Source of the DNA: an uncultured Candidatus Saccharibacteria bacterium
GTDB taxonomy: Bacteria; Patescibacteriota; Minisyncoccia; Phycocordibacterales; UBA9973
Direction: 5' to 3'
Assembly (NCBI GenBank): GCA_964500465.1
Contig: CAZCNB010000003.1
Span: 13,882 to 77,881 of the forward strand
Length of the DNA: 64,000 nucleotides
Part shown: positions 1-11,414 of the stretch, piece after piece
Layout: every line of letters begins with the position of its first letter
Position numbering within the stretch: position 1 is the first letter of the stretch
The notes under the pieces: model-generated
Database searches by the model: none
What the model saw: the letters and a program-made list of their open reading frames with translations, nothing else
What the model was told of the DNA's origin: nothing
Translations under genes and position numbers: made by a program

Positions 1-664
1 GTCTTGCATGGTTAATATCTCTTGCATCACCATTCCCTATTATTTTTGTTTTTACACCCATTTTGTTTCTAATTTCTACTACCTCCTTTACATGTTCCCA
101 TCTAGCAGGAACTAGAGACATCTCCTTTCTTGTACGTGCATGTATTGTAAGCGCTGCTATATCTTGAGAAAGTAAAAATGGAATCCATTCATCTATTTGA
201 ACTTTATTATAACCAACACGAGTTTTTACAGACACAGGAATATCACAGCCAGCGTCTTTTATCCCATCTTTAACTGCCTGTATTATGATACCTGCCATTT
301 TTGGATTTTTTATCATAGCAGCTCCTGCTCCTTGTTTTTCTATCGATCGATCTGGGCAACCCATATTTATATCTATACCATCAAAACCAAGTAAGGCTAC
401 AAATTTTGATGCCTCGCGCATTTTATCTGGATGAGAAGAAAACAATTGAGCAACTATAGGCCTTTCGCCTTCAGTAAACATGAGATCGTATTTCAATACT
501 TCACGACCTTTACTTGCAAGTCCATCTGCTGATACAAATTCAGTCCAAGTAACATCTGGTTTTCCATACTTAGAGATAATACGACGAAAAGCGGCATCAG
601 TGACATCAGCCATTGGTGCCAAAACAAAGAACGGTTTTGGTAGTTTTTCCCAGAAGTTATTCAT
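1..664 (-). CDS. dusB: tRNA-dihydrouridine synthase (Dus family), 3' end truncated by window edge
   Basis: Not in ORF track; my translation from ATG at 664 gives MNNFWEKLPKPFFVLAPMADVTD..TEFVS..IVAQL..GFDGIDINMGCP, the Dus LAPM and DINMGCP motifs. Confidence 0.9.
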   Translation of the reverse strand, partial: MNNFWEKLPKPFFVLAPMADVTDAAFRRIISKYGKPDVTWTEFVSADGLASKGREVLKYDLMFTEGERPIVAQLFSSHPDKMREASKFVALLGFDGIDINMGCPDRSIEKQGAGAAMIKNPKMAGIIIQAVKDGIKDAGCDIPVSVKTRVGYNKVQIDEWIPFLLSQDIAALTIHARTRKEMSLVPARWEHVKEVVEIRNKMGVKTKIIGNGDARDINHAR

Positions 665-672
665 TTTAAATA

Positions 673-1536
673 TTATTGAAATTTATATAAAACCTTATTT
701 TTAAATCTCATATCTATATATAAAAGATTAGTATACTTAGAATTAATTTCGCTTGCAAATGATTCTTGTGACATAGCGAGTGCGAAATTTTCTGAAAGCT
801 TTTCCAAGTCATCTTCTGTCTTAAAAATTATTTTAGGGTTAGTAGAATTAATTTCGTGATCAAGATATAAAGAACTATTACCTTCTTCATCTATAATCAA
901 GTGTGTTGGCTTTAACTTAAATTTAATAACGTTATCTATTAATCTTACATAGGAGTAGAATTTTTCTGATGGTAAAAATTTCTGCCCGAGAGGATTATTT
1001 ACATCGGAAATAGGACCATAGTATTTAAAATATATATTCCCTGAAAAATATGGGGCTCTATCAAATATATATCCGTCATCATTGATAAAGTAACAATTTT
1101 CACCAATATCGTATTCAGTTTCAGGTATATTTTCCCCACAATAAAGCCCAGTACCGGAACGCTCAGATATATCTAAATTCAGTGTATTTATATTACTAAG
1201 GTAAATAGATAATTTATCTATTCTGGTAAAATTGCTGGTTAAGTGTTTATATATTCTTTCTTTTGGATATAAAAATATATTCCTCTTATCAAAGAGTTTA
1301 AAATATTTACCAGAAATATAACTATTCACATTTTCTTCAATATCAGTGGAGTTAATAATTCGTGTACCAGTAATAACTATTTTATTTATTGTAACTCTAT
1401 GATTTGAAGAAAAATAACCGAGAGCGTAAACAATTGATAAAATTAATATTATTAACAGTGCAGACAACCTAATCCTGCGCGCACGAGCTTTGCGCTTCAT
1501 ATCTTCTACGCGCGGTGATGTCAAAATATCTTTCAT
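673..1536 (-). CDS. FtsQ/DivIB-like cell division protein
   Basis: Basic N-terminus, one TM helix, POTRA-like region (ITGTRII..), C-terminal YIDMRF motif. Confidence 0.65.
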   Translation of the reverse strand: MKDILTSPRVEDMKRKARARRIRLSALLIILILSIVYALGYFSSNHRVTINKIVITGTRIINSTDIEENVNSYISGKYFKLFDKRNIFLYPKERIYKHLTSNFTRIDKLSIYLSNINTLNLDISERSGTGLYCGENIPETEYDIGENCYFINDDGYIFDRAPYFSGNIYFKYYGPISDVNNPLGQKFLPSEKFYSYVRLIDNVIKFKLKPTHLIIDEEGNSSLYLDHEINSTNPKIIFKTEDDLEKLSENFALAMSQESFASEINSKYTNLLYIDMRFKNKVLYKFQ

Positions 1537-1545
1537 GGTTTGTAG

Positions 1546-2808
1546 CTAGCGAATTACCTCTTTGCCAAAATACTTTTGTAGAACTTCTGGAATTTTTATA
1601 CTACCATCTTCTTGTTGAAAGTTTTCTATCATTGAAACCAAGATACGAGGTGTAGGTATAGCGGTACAATTCAAAGAGTGAGTATATCTAACCTTACCTT
1701 CTTCATCTCTATATCTTATTCCTAGACGCCTAGTTTGAAAATCATGGAAATAAGAAGCAGACGATATTTCTCGGTATTTTTCTTCTTTAGGGATCCAAAG
1801 ATTAGTATCGTACATTCTAACTTTTGCAAAACCCATGTCTCCAGTACAAGCATCTACGACTTGATACGGGATTCCTAGTGACTGTATAAATTCTTCAGTG
1901 TTTTTCTGAATTTCTTCATGATGCTTTACTGACTCTTCATGACTACCCTCGCACAAAATAACTTGTTCAAATTTATAGAACTCATGTACGCGAATTAAAC
2001 CTTTTATATCCTTGGTATGACTTCCAGCTTCTAAACGAAAACAGGGAGAAAAACCCAACATCTTTATAGGTAATTGATTTTTATTTAGAATCTCATCCAT
2101 ATACATACCCATAAGAGGAACTTCTGAAGTTCCAACAAAATAAGTATCATCTTGTGCTTTATATATATCTGCTTCGCCTTGTGGAATAAATGCGCAACCT
2201 AGGAGTGGTTCTCGCTTTGTGTTTATTGGGGGTATTATCGGATTGAAACCTCTACCGCCCCAGAAATCTAAAGCATAATTCCATATAGCAAAACATAACC
2301 TAACACCATCTCCAGTCAAAAAATAACCACGAAAACCATGGACCTTGGTACCACGTTCAATATCTAACATTCCCAACTTTGTCATTATTTCTATATGATC
2401 TTTTGGTTCAAAAGAAAATTTAGTTTTTTCACCCCAAGTTCTTATTTCAATGTTATCATCTTCAGATTGTCCAAGTGGAGAAGTTGGTTCAGGAATATTT
2501 GGAACAAGTAGCATCATTCCTTGCCATTCTTTTATAACGTCACGAAGAAGATCTTCTTTTTCTTTGAGTTCTTCTTTAACTATTCGCATCTCCTCTATCA
2601 TCTGAGATCTAACAACTTGATCAACGTTTCCACCCATGGAGTTACTTACTTTATTTTGTTCACTACGTAAAAATTCTACTCGAGCAAGAATTTCTAATCT
2701 TTTATCATCTAAAGCAATCAACTGATCAAGGTCAATACTGAGATGCTTTTTCTCTACTGCTTCTTTGACTATATCCTTATTTTCTCGAATAAATTTGATA
2801 TCTAACAT
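1546..2808 (-). CDS. serS: Seryl-tRNA synthetase
   Basis: MLDIKFIREN start, coiled-coil arm, GTSE, motif 2 FRLEAG..GLIRVHEF, EISSAS. Confidence 0.97.
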   Translation of the reverse strand: MLDIKFIRENKDIVKEAVEKKHLSIDLDQLIALDDKRLEILARVEFLRSEQNKVSNSMGGNVDQVVRSQMIEEMRIVKEELKEKEDLLRDVIKEWQGMMLLVPNIPEPTSPLGQSEDDNIEIRTWGEKTKFSFEPKDHIEIMTKLGMLDIERGTKVHGFRGYFLTGDGVRLCFAIWNYALDFWGGRGFNPIIPPINTKREPLLGCAFIPQGEADIYKAQDDTYFVGTSEVPLMGMYMDEILNKNQLPIKMLGFSPCFRLEAGSHTKDIKGLIRVHEFYKFEQVILCEGSHEESVKHHEEIQKNTEEFIQSLGIPYQVVDACTGDMGFAKVRMYDTNLWIPKEEKYREISSASYFHDFQTRRLGIRYRDEEGKVRYTHSLNCTAIPTPRILVSMIENFQQEDGSIKIPEVLQKYFGKEVIR

Positions 2809-2856
2809 ATGGTTCCAGTATATAAAAAAATGCTAGAATAGACAAATAGATAATTT

Positions 2857-3720
2857 ATGGATTTGATTATAAAATTAAAACCAGAAAAATTCCCTAAACC
2901 ACTGACTGAAATACCTCAACCACCCAAAGAATTGTACATACGTGGAACCTTACCTCCATCTGACTATACTTACCTTACTATTGTAGGATCTAGGAAATAC
3001 ACATCTTACGGAAAAGAAGTTTGTGAGAAACTCATAAAAGGATTAAAAGATTATCCTATAATTATAGTTTCAGGGCTCGCACTTGGAATAGATTCTATAG
3101 TCCACAGATCAGCATTGTCCAATGGACTTATAACTCTTGCTATGCCTGGATCTGGTGTAGATAACAAAGTTATTTATCCAAGAACGAATATGAATCTTGC
3201 AGAGGATATAATAAGAAACGGCGGATGTATCATGTCAGAGTTTCCACCAACAATGAAAGCAGAATTATATACATTTCCTAAAAGAAATAGGCTGATGGCA
3301 GGAATATCAAAAGCAACTCTTATAATAGAAGCGGTAGAAAAATCTGGAACTTTAATAACTGCAAGGATGGCCCTTGATTATAATCGTGATGTACTAGCAG
3401 TTCCGGGATCAATATTTTCTAATTCTTCATCGGGTACCAATAGATTGATAAGGCAAGGTGCAACACCAATAACAAATAGTAACGAATTGCTGGAAGCGTT
3501 GGGTTTTGAGGTTAATAATGAAACAAGTGAATCAGTAGATAGATATAAAGAATGTGGTAAAGATGAATTAAAAATTATTTCACTTTTAGATGAACCTATG
3601 GAAAGAAATGAATTGATAAGAGCATCTGGAATGGAAATATCTGAAGCTAGTGCGCTTCTTTCTATAATGGAAATAAAAGAACTAATTAAAGAGGAGCTTG
3701 GAGAAATAAGAAAGGTTTGA
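2857..3720 (+). CDS. dprA: DNA-processing protein DprA
   Basis: IVGSR, VSGLALGID, FPKRNRLMAG, EAVEKSGTLITA; adjacent to topA. Confidence 0.95.
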   Translation: MDLIIKLKPEKFPKPLTEIPQPPKELYIRGTLPPSDYTYLTIVGSRKYTSYGKEVCEKLIKGLKDYPIIIVSGLALGIDSIVHRSALSNGLITLAMPGSGVDNKVIYPRTNMNLAEDIIRNGGCIMSEFPPTMKAELYTFPKRNRLMAGISKATLIIEAVEKSGTLITARMALDYNRDVLAVPGSIFSNSSSGTNRLIRQGATPITNSNELLEALGFEVNNETSESVDRYKECGKDELKIISLLDEPMERNELIRASGMEISEASALLSIMEIKELIKEELGEIRKV

Positions 3721-3758
3721 TTTGCAAAAAAAATTAATTGATGTTACTAATTAAGGCA

Positions 3759-5993
3759 ATGACAAAATTATTGATTGTAGAATCTCCATCAAAGGCAAAA
3801 ACTATTGAGAAATATCTCGATGGAGCTTTTACTGTACGTGCTTCAGTTGGACATATAAGAGATCTTCCTAAATCAAATAAGCAAGCTATAGATATAGAAG
3901 CTGGATTTGTTCCGCATTACGAAATATCAAAAGGTAAAGAAAAAGTAGTAAGTGAATTGAAACATTTAGCAGAAAAATCTTCAGAAATTATGCTCGCTAC
4001 CGACCCAGATCGCGAAGGCGAAGCTATATCTTGGCATTTAAAAGAAATATTAAATAATGATAAAAAAATAAAAGGTAAAATAAAACGAGTTACTTTTCAT
4101 GAAATTACCAAAGAAGCTGTGGAGGAAGCTTTAAAAAGCCCTCGTAATATTGATGATAATTTGGTAAAAGCCCAAGAAGCACGTAGAGTTTTAGATAGGC
4201 TTGTAGGTTATGATTTATCTGGAATAATTTGGAAAAAAGTAAGATATGGACTATCTGCTGGAAGAGTTCAATCCCCTGCTCTTCGTATAATAATGGAGCG
4301 TGAACGTGAGATAAGAGCATTCGTTCCAGAAAAATATTTTATTCTTGAAGGATTATTTGAGACTAAAAAGAAAGAAAAAATAACACTATCTTGCACAGAA
4401 GAGCCTCGTGATGAAAAAGTTGTAAAAAAAATATTAGAACTTGGAAAGCAAGAGAAGTGGTTCGTAAAAGATTTAAAAACATCAGAACAAAAAAGAAGCC
4501 CTAGGGCTCCTTTTACAACTTCTACGTTGCAACAAACAGCAAGTACTAGACTTGGTTTTTCACCTTCTCGAACAATGCAAGTGGCACAGAAACTGTATGA
4601 ACAAGGATTTATTACTTATATGAGAACTGACAGCACAAATCTAGCAACTGTTGCACAATCACAAATAAAAAAAATCATTGAAAGTAAATATGGTAAAGAC
4701 CAAGTTGAGATAAGATCATATAAAACAAAATCAAAAAATGCTCAGGAAGCTCATGAAGCAATACGTCCAACTCACGTAGAATCAATGAACGAAGGATCCA
4801 CAGACGAACAAAAAAGATTATATAGACTTATCTGGGAACGTACAGTAGCATCACAAATGGTAGATGCTAAGTTAATGAAGACAAAAATCACAGCAAATAT
4901 AAAACAGGGAGATGTGCCTGATTTTGTCGCAAATGGTTCGCGAGTGATTTCTCTGGGATGGCTTCTGTGTGATACAGAAGCAAGAGGTGATGATGTAGAA
5001 CTTCCACTAGTTGAAATTGGTGAAGAGTTAAAACTACTTGAATTAAAAGATATAGAAAAATTTACTGAACCTCCAAATAGATATACTGAAGCAGGGTTGG
5101 TTAAAGAACTTGAAGCTCGTGGTATAGGCAGACCTAGTACTTACGCTTCAATAATGAAGACAATTGAAGAACGTGGTTACGTAAACAAAGAAGGAAGGAC
5201 TCTTTTCCCCACTGATACTGGAGATGTTGTCTCAAGTTTCTTAGAACAAAACTTTGCTGAATATATTAGTGACACATTCACAGCTGAAATGGAAGATGAA
5301 TTGGATGAAATATCTCGTGGAGAGAGAGAATATGTAAAAACTTTAAAAGATTTCTACACACCTTTCAAAAAAGAACTTAAAGAAAAAGACAAGTTGGCAA
5401 AAGCAACTAACATGGGTGAAGCTCCTCCTGATATGCTATGCCCTAAATGTAAATCGCCTATGATTATAAAACTTGCTCGTAATGGCAAATTTTATTCTTG
5501 TTCAAAATACCCTGATTGTGACGGAGCACGTACAATAGAAGGAAATGTACTCGAAGGACCAAAAGAGACCGGGGAAATGTGTCCACTTTGTGGAGATAAA
5601 AAAGGAAAATCTGGAGGAGGAAAACTAGTTATTCGCGAAAGACGTGATGGTACTGGCACATTCATATCTTGCTCAAGATATCCTAAATGTAAATTTATAA
5701 AACAAGATGAAGAAGAGTTAAAAAGAAAAATGACAGATGTAACTTGTCCTGTGTGTGGCAAAGGAAAAATGACGGAACGTCGTGGTAGATTTGGAATATT
5801 TTATTCATGTAGTAATTATCCAGATTGTAAAAATGCTATAAAAGCAAAACCAACCGGTAGAATATGTGAGCTTTGTGGATCACTTATGATGGAAGGTACG
5901 AAAACAATTCCAGAGAGATGTTCGAACAGAATGTGCAAAATGCATAATCCGCATAAACTAGGTGAAAATCTAAAGAATAATAAGAAAAAATAA
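3759..5993 (+). CDS. topA: DNA topoisomerase I with C-terminal zinc ribbons
   Basis: TOPRIM LIVESPSKAK, ATDPDREGE, SAGRVQS, ITYMRTDS, repeated C4 zinc ribbons; ATG at 3759 preferred over TTG at 3738. Confidence 0.96.
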   Translation: MTKLLIVESPSKAKTIEKYLDGAFTVRASVGHIRDLPKSNKQAIDIEAGFVPHYEISKGKEKVVSELKHLAEKSSEIMLATDPDREGEAISWHLKEILNNDKKIKGKIKRVTFHEITKEAVEEALKSPRNIDDNLVKAQEARRVLDRLVGYDLSGIIWKKVRYGLSAGRVQSPALRIIMEREREIRAFVPEKYFILEGLFETKKKEKITLSCTEEPRDEKVVKKILELGKQEKWFVKDLKTSEQKRSPRAPFTTSTLQQTASTRLGFSPSRTMQVAQKLYEQGFITYMRTDSTNLATVAQSQIKKIIESKYGKDQVEIRSYKTKSKNAQEAHEAIRPTHVESMNEGSTDEQKRLYRLIWERTVASQMVDAKLMKTKITANIKQGDVPDFVANGSRVISLGWLLCDTEARGDDVELPLVEIGEELKLLELKDIEKFTEPPNRYTEAGLVKELEARGIGRPSTYASIMKTIEERGYVNKEGRTLFPTDTGDVVSSFLEQNFAEYISDTFTAEMEDELDEISRGEREYVKTLKDFYTPFKKELKEKDKLAKATNMGEAPPDMLCPKCKSPMIIKLARNGKFYSCSKYPDCDGARTIEGNVLEGPKETGEMCPLCGDKKGKSGGGKLVIRERRDGTGTFISCSRYPKCKFIKQDEEELKRKMTDVTCPVCGKGKMTERRGRFGIFYSCSNYPDCKNAIKAKPTGRICELCGSLMMEGTKTIPERCSNRMCKMHNPHKLGENLKNNKKK

Positions 5994-6034
5994 AAGAACT
6001 TTCGGAAAATTAAGCGTTAGGATATACTTAATAT

Positions 6035-7510
6035 ATGCCTAATATTAACGAAATATTTTCATCTATTCCTGATATTACAGCGAGAGGTAAAACACTTCTA
6101 GAAAAGGCTTATAAATTCGCACAAAAAGCTCATGATGGACAACTTCGTAAAAGTGGTGAACCTTATTTTATTCATGTTTTTAAAACTGCAAAGAATCTAG
6201 CTGATCTAGGAATGAGTCCAACTGTTATAACGGCAGGTTTTTTGCATGATGTCCTTGAAGACACAAAGACAACAGAAGAAGAATTAACCAAAGAATTCAA
6301 TCAAGAAATCGTTTCTCTTGTTAAAGGGGTAACAAAATTAGGTACAGTAAAATATAAAGGCATAGAAAGAAATGTGGAGAATTTAAGAAGGTTTTTTGTT
6401 TCAATGACTGAAGATCTAAGAGTACTAGTAATTAAACTTGCAGATAGATTGCATAATATAGAAACACTCGAGCATGTACGTCCTGATAAGCAAAAACGTA
6501 TCGCACTTGAAACACTAGAAGTTTATGCACCATTAGCAAATCGTTTGTCTATGGGTAAACTAAAGGGCCGTCTTGAAGATGCAGCTTTTAAATTTGCTTA
6601 CCCAAAAGAATATGAAGAAGTTAAAGCGCTTTTGATTAGCAAAAAAGAAGTAGAAGAAAAATATTTATTTGAAGTTAAAGATGCTCTGATAGAAAAACTT
6701 AAAAAAGATAGGATAAAAAATACTCACGTAGATTACAGACAGAAACATCTATACTCACTTTGGAGAAAACTAAAAAAGTACGACATGGATATAAGTAAGG
6801 TGTATGATATTTTAGCTCTACGTGTGATAGTAGAATCAGTTGCAGATTGCTATCACGTACTTGGTCTTATACATGGAGAATGGACTCCTTTACCAAATAG
6901 ATTCAAAGACTATATTGCAACTCCAAAGATTAATGGTTACAGAAGTCTTCACACTACTGTCTTCACTGGTACTGGTGGAATAGTTGAAATACAAATAAGA
7001 ACATATGATATGCATCGTGAAGCTGAATACGGAGTTGCAGCACACTTTGCATACAAAGAAAAGAAGGAAAATAAAAATATAGACCTTGAACAATTCGACT
7101 GGGTAAACCAGCTTCGTAACTTAAACCTTGAATCTGAAGATAAAAAAGAATCTCCTGAAGAATTTCTAAAAAATATTAAGATGGATTTCTTTAAAGATAG
7201 GGTTTTTGTGTTTACTCCAAAAGGAGATATTATAGACTTACCAGAGGATTCTAGTGTTATAGATTTTGCTTATGCTATACATACCGACATAGGGAATCAC
7301 GCTCAGAGTGCAAAAATAAATGGCAAGAATGTGGCACTTCATACTAAACTCCATACAAATGACATAGTTGAAATCCAAGTCAATAAAAATACGAACCCAT
7401 CTTCTAAATGGCTTGATCACGCTAAATCCGGACTTGCAAGAAAACACATAAACAACTATTTAAAATCTAATAGCTTATTATCGAAGTTTCTATCTTTTGG
7501 GAAAAACTAG
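6035..7510 (+). CDS. rel: RelA/SpoT homolog (HD + synthetase + TGS, no ZFD/ACT)
   Basis: RKSGEPY, LHDVLED, KLADRLHN, KDYIATPKINGYRSLHT, EIQIRT, TGS domain FVFTPKG..DFAYAIHT. Confidence 0.92.
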   Translation: MPNINEIFSSIPDITARGKTLLEKAYKFAQKAHDGQLRKSGEPYFIHVFKTAKNLADLGMSPTVITAGFLHDVLEDTKTTEEELTKEFNQEIVSLVKGVTKLGTVKYKGIERNVENLRRFFVSMTEDLRVLVIKLADRLHNIETLEHVRPDKQKRIALETLEVYAPLANRLSMGKLKGRLEDAAFKFAYPKEYEEVKALLISKKEVEEKYLFEVKDALIEKLKKDRIKNTHVDYRQKHLYSLWRKLKKYDMDISKVYDILALRVIVESVADCYHVLGLIHGEWTPLPNRFKDYIATPKINGYRSLHTTVFTGTGGIVEIQIRTYDMHREAEYGVAAHFAYKEKKENKNIDLEQFDWVNQLRNLNLESEDKKESPEEFLKNIKMDFFKDRVFVFTPKGDIIDLPEDSSVIDFAYAIHTDIGNHAQSAKINGKNVALHTKLHTNDIVEIQVNKNTNPSSKWLDHAKSGLARKHINNYLKSNSLLSKFLSFGKN

Positions 7511-8511
7511 ATTGAGAAGTTTTTAATACTGTACAAATCTTCTTCTGATTGAGCCTTTTCTTCAGGAGTCTGGTCATCGAGCATAGCAATCTCCTCTTTA
7601 TCTACAATAACTACATTCGTATCATTCTTTTGACTTTCTGATTTAGTAGCGATAAATCTTTCCATCATTTCATCAGGGCTTTTACCTTGGTTTGATTTAA
7701 TAAGATCAAGTATCATATGCAGATCATCGTTTGAGAAGAAATCTATTGTAATTTGACCACCATTTTCTCTACGATCAATATGAACTCTGGTCCCAAGAGT
7801 TTCTTGTAACTTATCTTCCATTTCTGCAATTTCTGGATCGGGCATGTATTCTTTCTTACGAATTCTATCAGTTGCTATTCTGCGAGCATACTTTTCTGCA
7901 TCGCGAACAGTCATCTTTTTCCATACTATTTCTTTAAACAATACCATTTGTTCTTCTGGCCTATCTGATAACATAAGTATTGGTCGTGTATGACCTTCAG
8001 TAATTTTACCTTCAGATAACGCATCTAAAATTTCCTGAGGAAGTGCAAGTAGTCTTAAAGTGTTTGAAACATGTTCTCGACTTTTACCTACTTTCTGACC
8101 AATTTGACCATGTGTAAATTTAAATTCTTCAACAAAACGGAAAAAAGCTCTCGCACGTTCAACCGGATTTAAATCTTCTCTTTGTAAATTCTCGATTATG
8201 GCAAGTTCAAGTTTTGCCATATTGTCATCTCCCACACGAATGATTACTGGAACTTGTTCAAGGTTAGCCAATTTGGATGCCCGTAGTCTTCGCTCCCCTG
8301 CTATAAGTTCATACTCTACTCCTATACCTCCATCTTCTTTTGTTACTTCTATTCTAGACACTGTTAGAGGTTGCAGAACTCCGTATTGTCGAATTGAATC
8401 AGAAAGATCCCTGAGACGAGCTTCATCGAATTCTCGACGTGGTTGAAAAGGATTTGGTTTGATTTTTTCAACATCAACCCAAAAAATTGAATTACTATAT
8501 AACTGTGACAT
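7507..8511 (-). CDS. parB: ParB/Spo0J partition protein
   Basis: PNPFQPRREF, LIAGERRLRA, IIENLQREDLNP, HTH. Confidence 0.94.
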   Translation of the reverse strand: MSQLYSNSIFWVDVEKIKPNPFQPRREFDEARLRDLSDSIRQYGVLQPLTVSRIEVTKEDGGIGVEYELIAGERRLRASKLANLEQVPVIIRVGDDNMAKLELAIIENLQREDLNPVERARAFFRFVEEFKFTHGQIGQKVGKSREHVSNTLRLLALPQEILDALSEGKITEGHTRPILMLSDRPEEQMVLFKEIVWKKMTVRDAEKYARRIATDRIRKKEYMPDPEIAEMEDKLQETLGTRVHIDRRENGGQITIDFFSNDDLHMILDLIKSNQGKSPDEMMERFIATKSESQKNDTNVVIVDKEEIAMLDDQTPEEKAQSEEDLYSIKNFSI

Positions 8512-8578
8512 GAAGGTATTTTATCATATTTAGAATCTATTGAAAAATTAAAGAAAAACATGTATACTCATCTCTATC

Positions 8579-8661
8579 GCGTCGGTGGTAGAGTGGTCAA
8601 TTACAACAGACTGTAAATCTGTCGGCTTCGGCCTACGGAGGTTCGAATCCTCCCCGGCGCA
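8579..8661 (+). tRNA. tRNA-Tyr(GTA), CCA not encoded
   Basis: Acceptor GCGTCGG/CCGGCGC, anticodon arm ACAGA-CTGTAAA-TCTGT, long variable arm, GGTTCGAATCC T-arm. Confidence 0.95.
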
Positions 8662-8666
8662 CAGTA

Positions 8667-8700
8667 TAATAAAAAACTCCCTTTAGGGAGTTTTTTATTA
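8667..8700. terminator. Bidirectional intrinsic terminator (tRNA-Tyr / clpB)
   Basis: TAATAAAAAACTCCC-TTTA-GGGAGTTTTTTATTA perfect inverted repeat between convergent genes. Confidence 0.85.
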
Positions 8701-11394
8701 TTTGTTATAAGGGCTAGGTTTTGAAACCTTTATATTTGATTTTATCTTTTTCTTTTTCATTTCAATCGAAAGCTCACTTCCTTTCATTCCTACCTCAACA
8801 ACATCACCTTTCTTTACACCTTTACTTATTATAAAAGATGCTATTGGATTCAAAATTTTATCTTGAATTAATCTTCCAAGAGGTCTTGCTCCATAATGCG
8901 GATTATAGCCTTCCTTTGCTAGATATTCTAATGCATCACTTGATACAATAAGTTCAATATTTTTATTCATTAGTCTTTCTCTAACAACCTCTATCTTAAT
9001 ATCAACAATGCTACGTATAACATTCATAGGTAGAATATCAAAGACGATAATATCATCTAGACGATTTAAGAACTCTGGTCGGAAATGATCCTTTAAACTT
9101 GATAGAACCTTGTCTTTAGTAGCTTTATACTCTTCTTCTTTTGAGTTGTTGGTAAAACCAATTGACTCCATCTTTTCAATGTAATTCGAACCGATATTTG
9201 AAGTAAGTATTATTATCGTATTTTTGAAGTTTACAATGCGACCCTTTGAATCAGTAAGTCTTCCTTCATCAAGAACTTGGAGGAGTACGTTAAATACTTC
9301 CGGGTGTGCCTTTTCTATTTCATCGAAAAGTATCACTGAATACGGTCTGTGACGAACAGATTCTGTTAGATTACCTGATTCATCATAACCAACATAACCA
9401 GGTGGCGAACCAATAAGCTTAGATACGCTATGACGCTCCATGTATTCACTCATATCTACTCGTATAAGCGCCTTATCGTCATTAAACATAAATCCTGCGA
9501 GAGCCTTGGTTAGTTCGGTTTTACCAACTCCTGTTGGGCCTAAAAATATAAATGAACCAATTGGCTTGTTTGGATCAGATATTCCGGCACGTGATCTTCG
9601 AACAACATTAGATATTTTTTCTATTGCTTCATCTTGCCCTACAACTCTCTTCTTAAGTTCATTTTCCATATTTGCAAGTTTTTCTCTTTCTTCTTCTAGC
9701 ATTTTCACTAATGGAATACCGGTCCAGCGAGAAACAACTTCTGCAACATCTTCTGCTGTTATATCTTCTTTTAGAATTCTTCTTGATTTTTGAAGCTTCT
9801 TTAAACGAGATAACTTTGACTCTAATTTAACCTCAAGAGCAGGTATTTCTCCATAACGAATTTCCGCAGCACGAGCAAGGTCTGATCTCATTTCAGCATT
9901 CTCCCCTTCAATACGAAGAGATTCTAATTCTTTTTTAATAGAACGGATTTCAACCACTGTTTCTTTTTCATTTTTCCACTTTAGTTCTAATTCTTTGGTT
10001 TTTTCTTTTAAATTAGCAATTTCTTTATCTATATCTTTTACGCGCGTTTTAGCATCCTTATGTTCTTCAGATTTTATAGATGCACGGGCAATTTCTTTGA
10101 GCAATGCTTCTTTTTCAATTTCGAAACGCATTATCTTTCTATGTGCATCTTCAAGAACTGGAGGCTTATTTTCAAGTGAGATACGAAGAGCTGAAGCAGC
10201 TTCATCTATTAAATCTACTGCCTTGTCAGGAAGATACCTATTTGTTATGTAACGTGTTGAAAGATTTACTGCAGAAATTATTGCATCATCTGTAATTCTA
10301 ACACCGTGGAATAATTCATATTTTTCTTTTAATCCACGAAGTATTGCGATGGCATCATCGGAACTAGGTTCATCAATAAATATTGGTTGGAAACGACGAG
10401 CAAGGGCTGGGTCTTTTTCTATATGTTTTTGGTATTCCTTTAGAGTTGTAGCGCCAATTGCACGAAGCTCGCCTCGAGCAAGAGCTGGTTTTAGCATATT
10501 TGAAGCATCTAGTGAACCTTCTGCAGAACCTGCACCAACAATAGTGTGTATCTCATCTATAAATAGAATAATTTTTCCTTCTGACTTTTCAATTTCCTTC
10601 ATAATTCCACGAAGACGTTCTTCGAACTCACCTCTGTATTTTGTACCAGCCAAAAGTAGACCTAAATCAAGAGCCACTATTTCTTTTTCGCGTAAACTTT
10701 CTGGAACATCATTCTTTGCGATTCTCTGTGCGAGAGCTTCGGCTACAGCAGTTTTTCCAGTACCGGCTTCTCCGATTAATATAGGATTGTTTTTTGTACG
10801 TCTTGAAAGAATCTGCATCATGCGCATTATTTCAGTATCACGACCAATAACTGGATCGAGCTTATCAGAACGTGCAAGGTCAGTTAAATTTCGAGTAAAC
10901 TTTGTAAGTAATTTTGGTTTTTTTGCTGATGTTGATTCGTTTACATTTTCACTTCTAAATACTTCGAGGATATTTAGTACTTGTTCTTTTTCAATTTTAA
11001 ACTTACCCAAAAACTCTCTGGCTTCACCGGGTGTTTCAAGAAGTGAAACAAATAAATGCTCAGTTGAAACAAACTCATCTTTCAAGGCAGAAGCGACTTT
11101 GCTAGAATTTTCTATGGCTGACGCAAGGTCAGGAGTAAGATAAAGTTGATAAGATGGAGAAAGAGTATTTCTATTCTCAGGAGATTCAATCATCTCAACC
11201 AAGTTATCCGTCATGAGCATTGTATCTATATCCATTCGATCAAGTATAGATATAACAAGCGAATCCTCTTGAATGAGTAAGGCTGTTAGTAAATGTAGTG
11301 CATTTACATGATTCTGGCCACGCTCAATTGCAAGCTCGTGAGCCTTTCGGATCGCCTCCTTTGCTTTAGTTGTAAAGTGGTTAAATGGTGGCAT
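8698..11394 (-). CDS. clpB: ATP-dependent chaperone ClpB (Clp/Hsp100)
   Basis: Two AAA+ modules ([16 protein letters not shown]), long M-domain, RVDMSEY, GARPL. Confidence 0.93.
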   Translation of the reverse strand: MPPFNHFTTKAKEAIRKAHELAIERGQNHVNALHLLTALLIQEDSLVISILDRMDIDTMLMTDNLVEMIESPENRNTLSPSYQLYLTPDLASAIENSSKVASALKDEFVSTEHLFVSLLETPGEAREFLGKFKIEKEQVLNILEVFRSENVNESTSAKKPKLLTKFTRNLTDLARSDKLDPVIGRDTEIMRMMQILSRRTKNNPILIGEAGTGKTAVAEALAQRIAKNDVPESLREKEIVALDLGLLLAGTKYRGEFEERLRGIMKEIEKSEGKIILFIDEIHTIVGAGSAEGSLDASNMLKPALARGELRAIGATTLKEYQKHIEKDPALARRFQPIFIDEPSSDDAIAILRGLKEKYELFHGVRITDDAIISAVNLSTRYITNRYLPDKAVDLIDEAASALRISLENKPPVLEDAHRKIMRFEIEKEALLKEIARASIKSEEHKDAKTRVKDIDKEIANLKEKTKELELKWKNEKETVVEIRSIKKELESLRIEGENAEMRSDLARAAEIRYGEIPALEVKLESKLSRLKKLQKSRRILKEDITAEDVAEVVSRWTGIPLVKMLEEEREKLANMENELKKRVVGQDEAIEKISNVVRRSRAGISDPNKPIGSFIFLGPTGVGKTELTKALAGFMFNDDKALIRVDMSEYMERHSVSKLIGSPPGYVGYDESGNLTESVRHRPYSVILFDEIEKAHPEVFNVLLQVLDEGRLTDSKGRIVNFKNTIIILTSNIGSNYIEKMESIGFTNNSKEEEYKATKDKVLSSLKDHFRPEFLNRLDDIIVFDILPMNVIRSIVDIKIEVVRERLMNKNIELIVSSDALEYLAKEGYNPHYGARPLGRLIQDKILNPIASFIISKGVKKGDVVEVGMKGSELSIEMKKKKIKSNIKVSKPSPYNK

Positions 11395-11414
11395 ATATAT
11401 TATATATAAAACGA

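Noticed and set aside
7507-8580. parS site or parA next to parB
   Set aside because: No TGTTTCACGTGAAACA-like palindrome and no parA seen nearby.
10349-11143. 264-aa antisense ORF in clpB (and similar shadows in infB, htrA, topA and others)
   Set aside because: These are antisense mirror frames of conserved genes with no independent motifs or signals.
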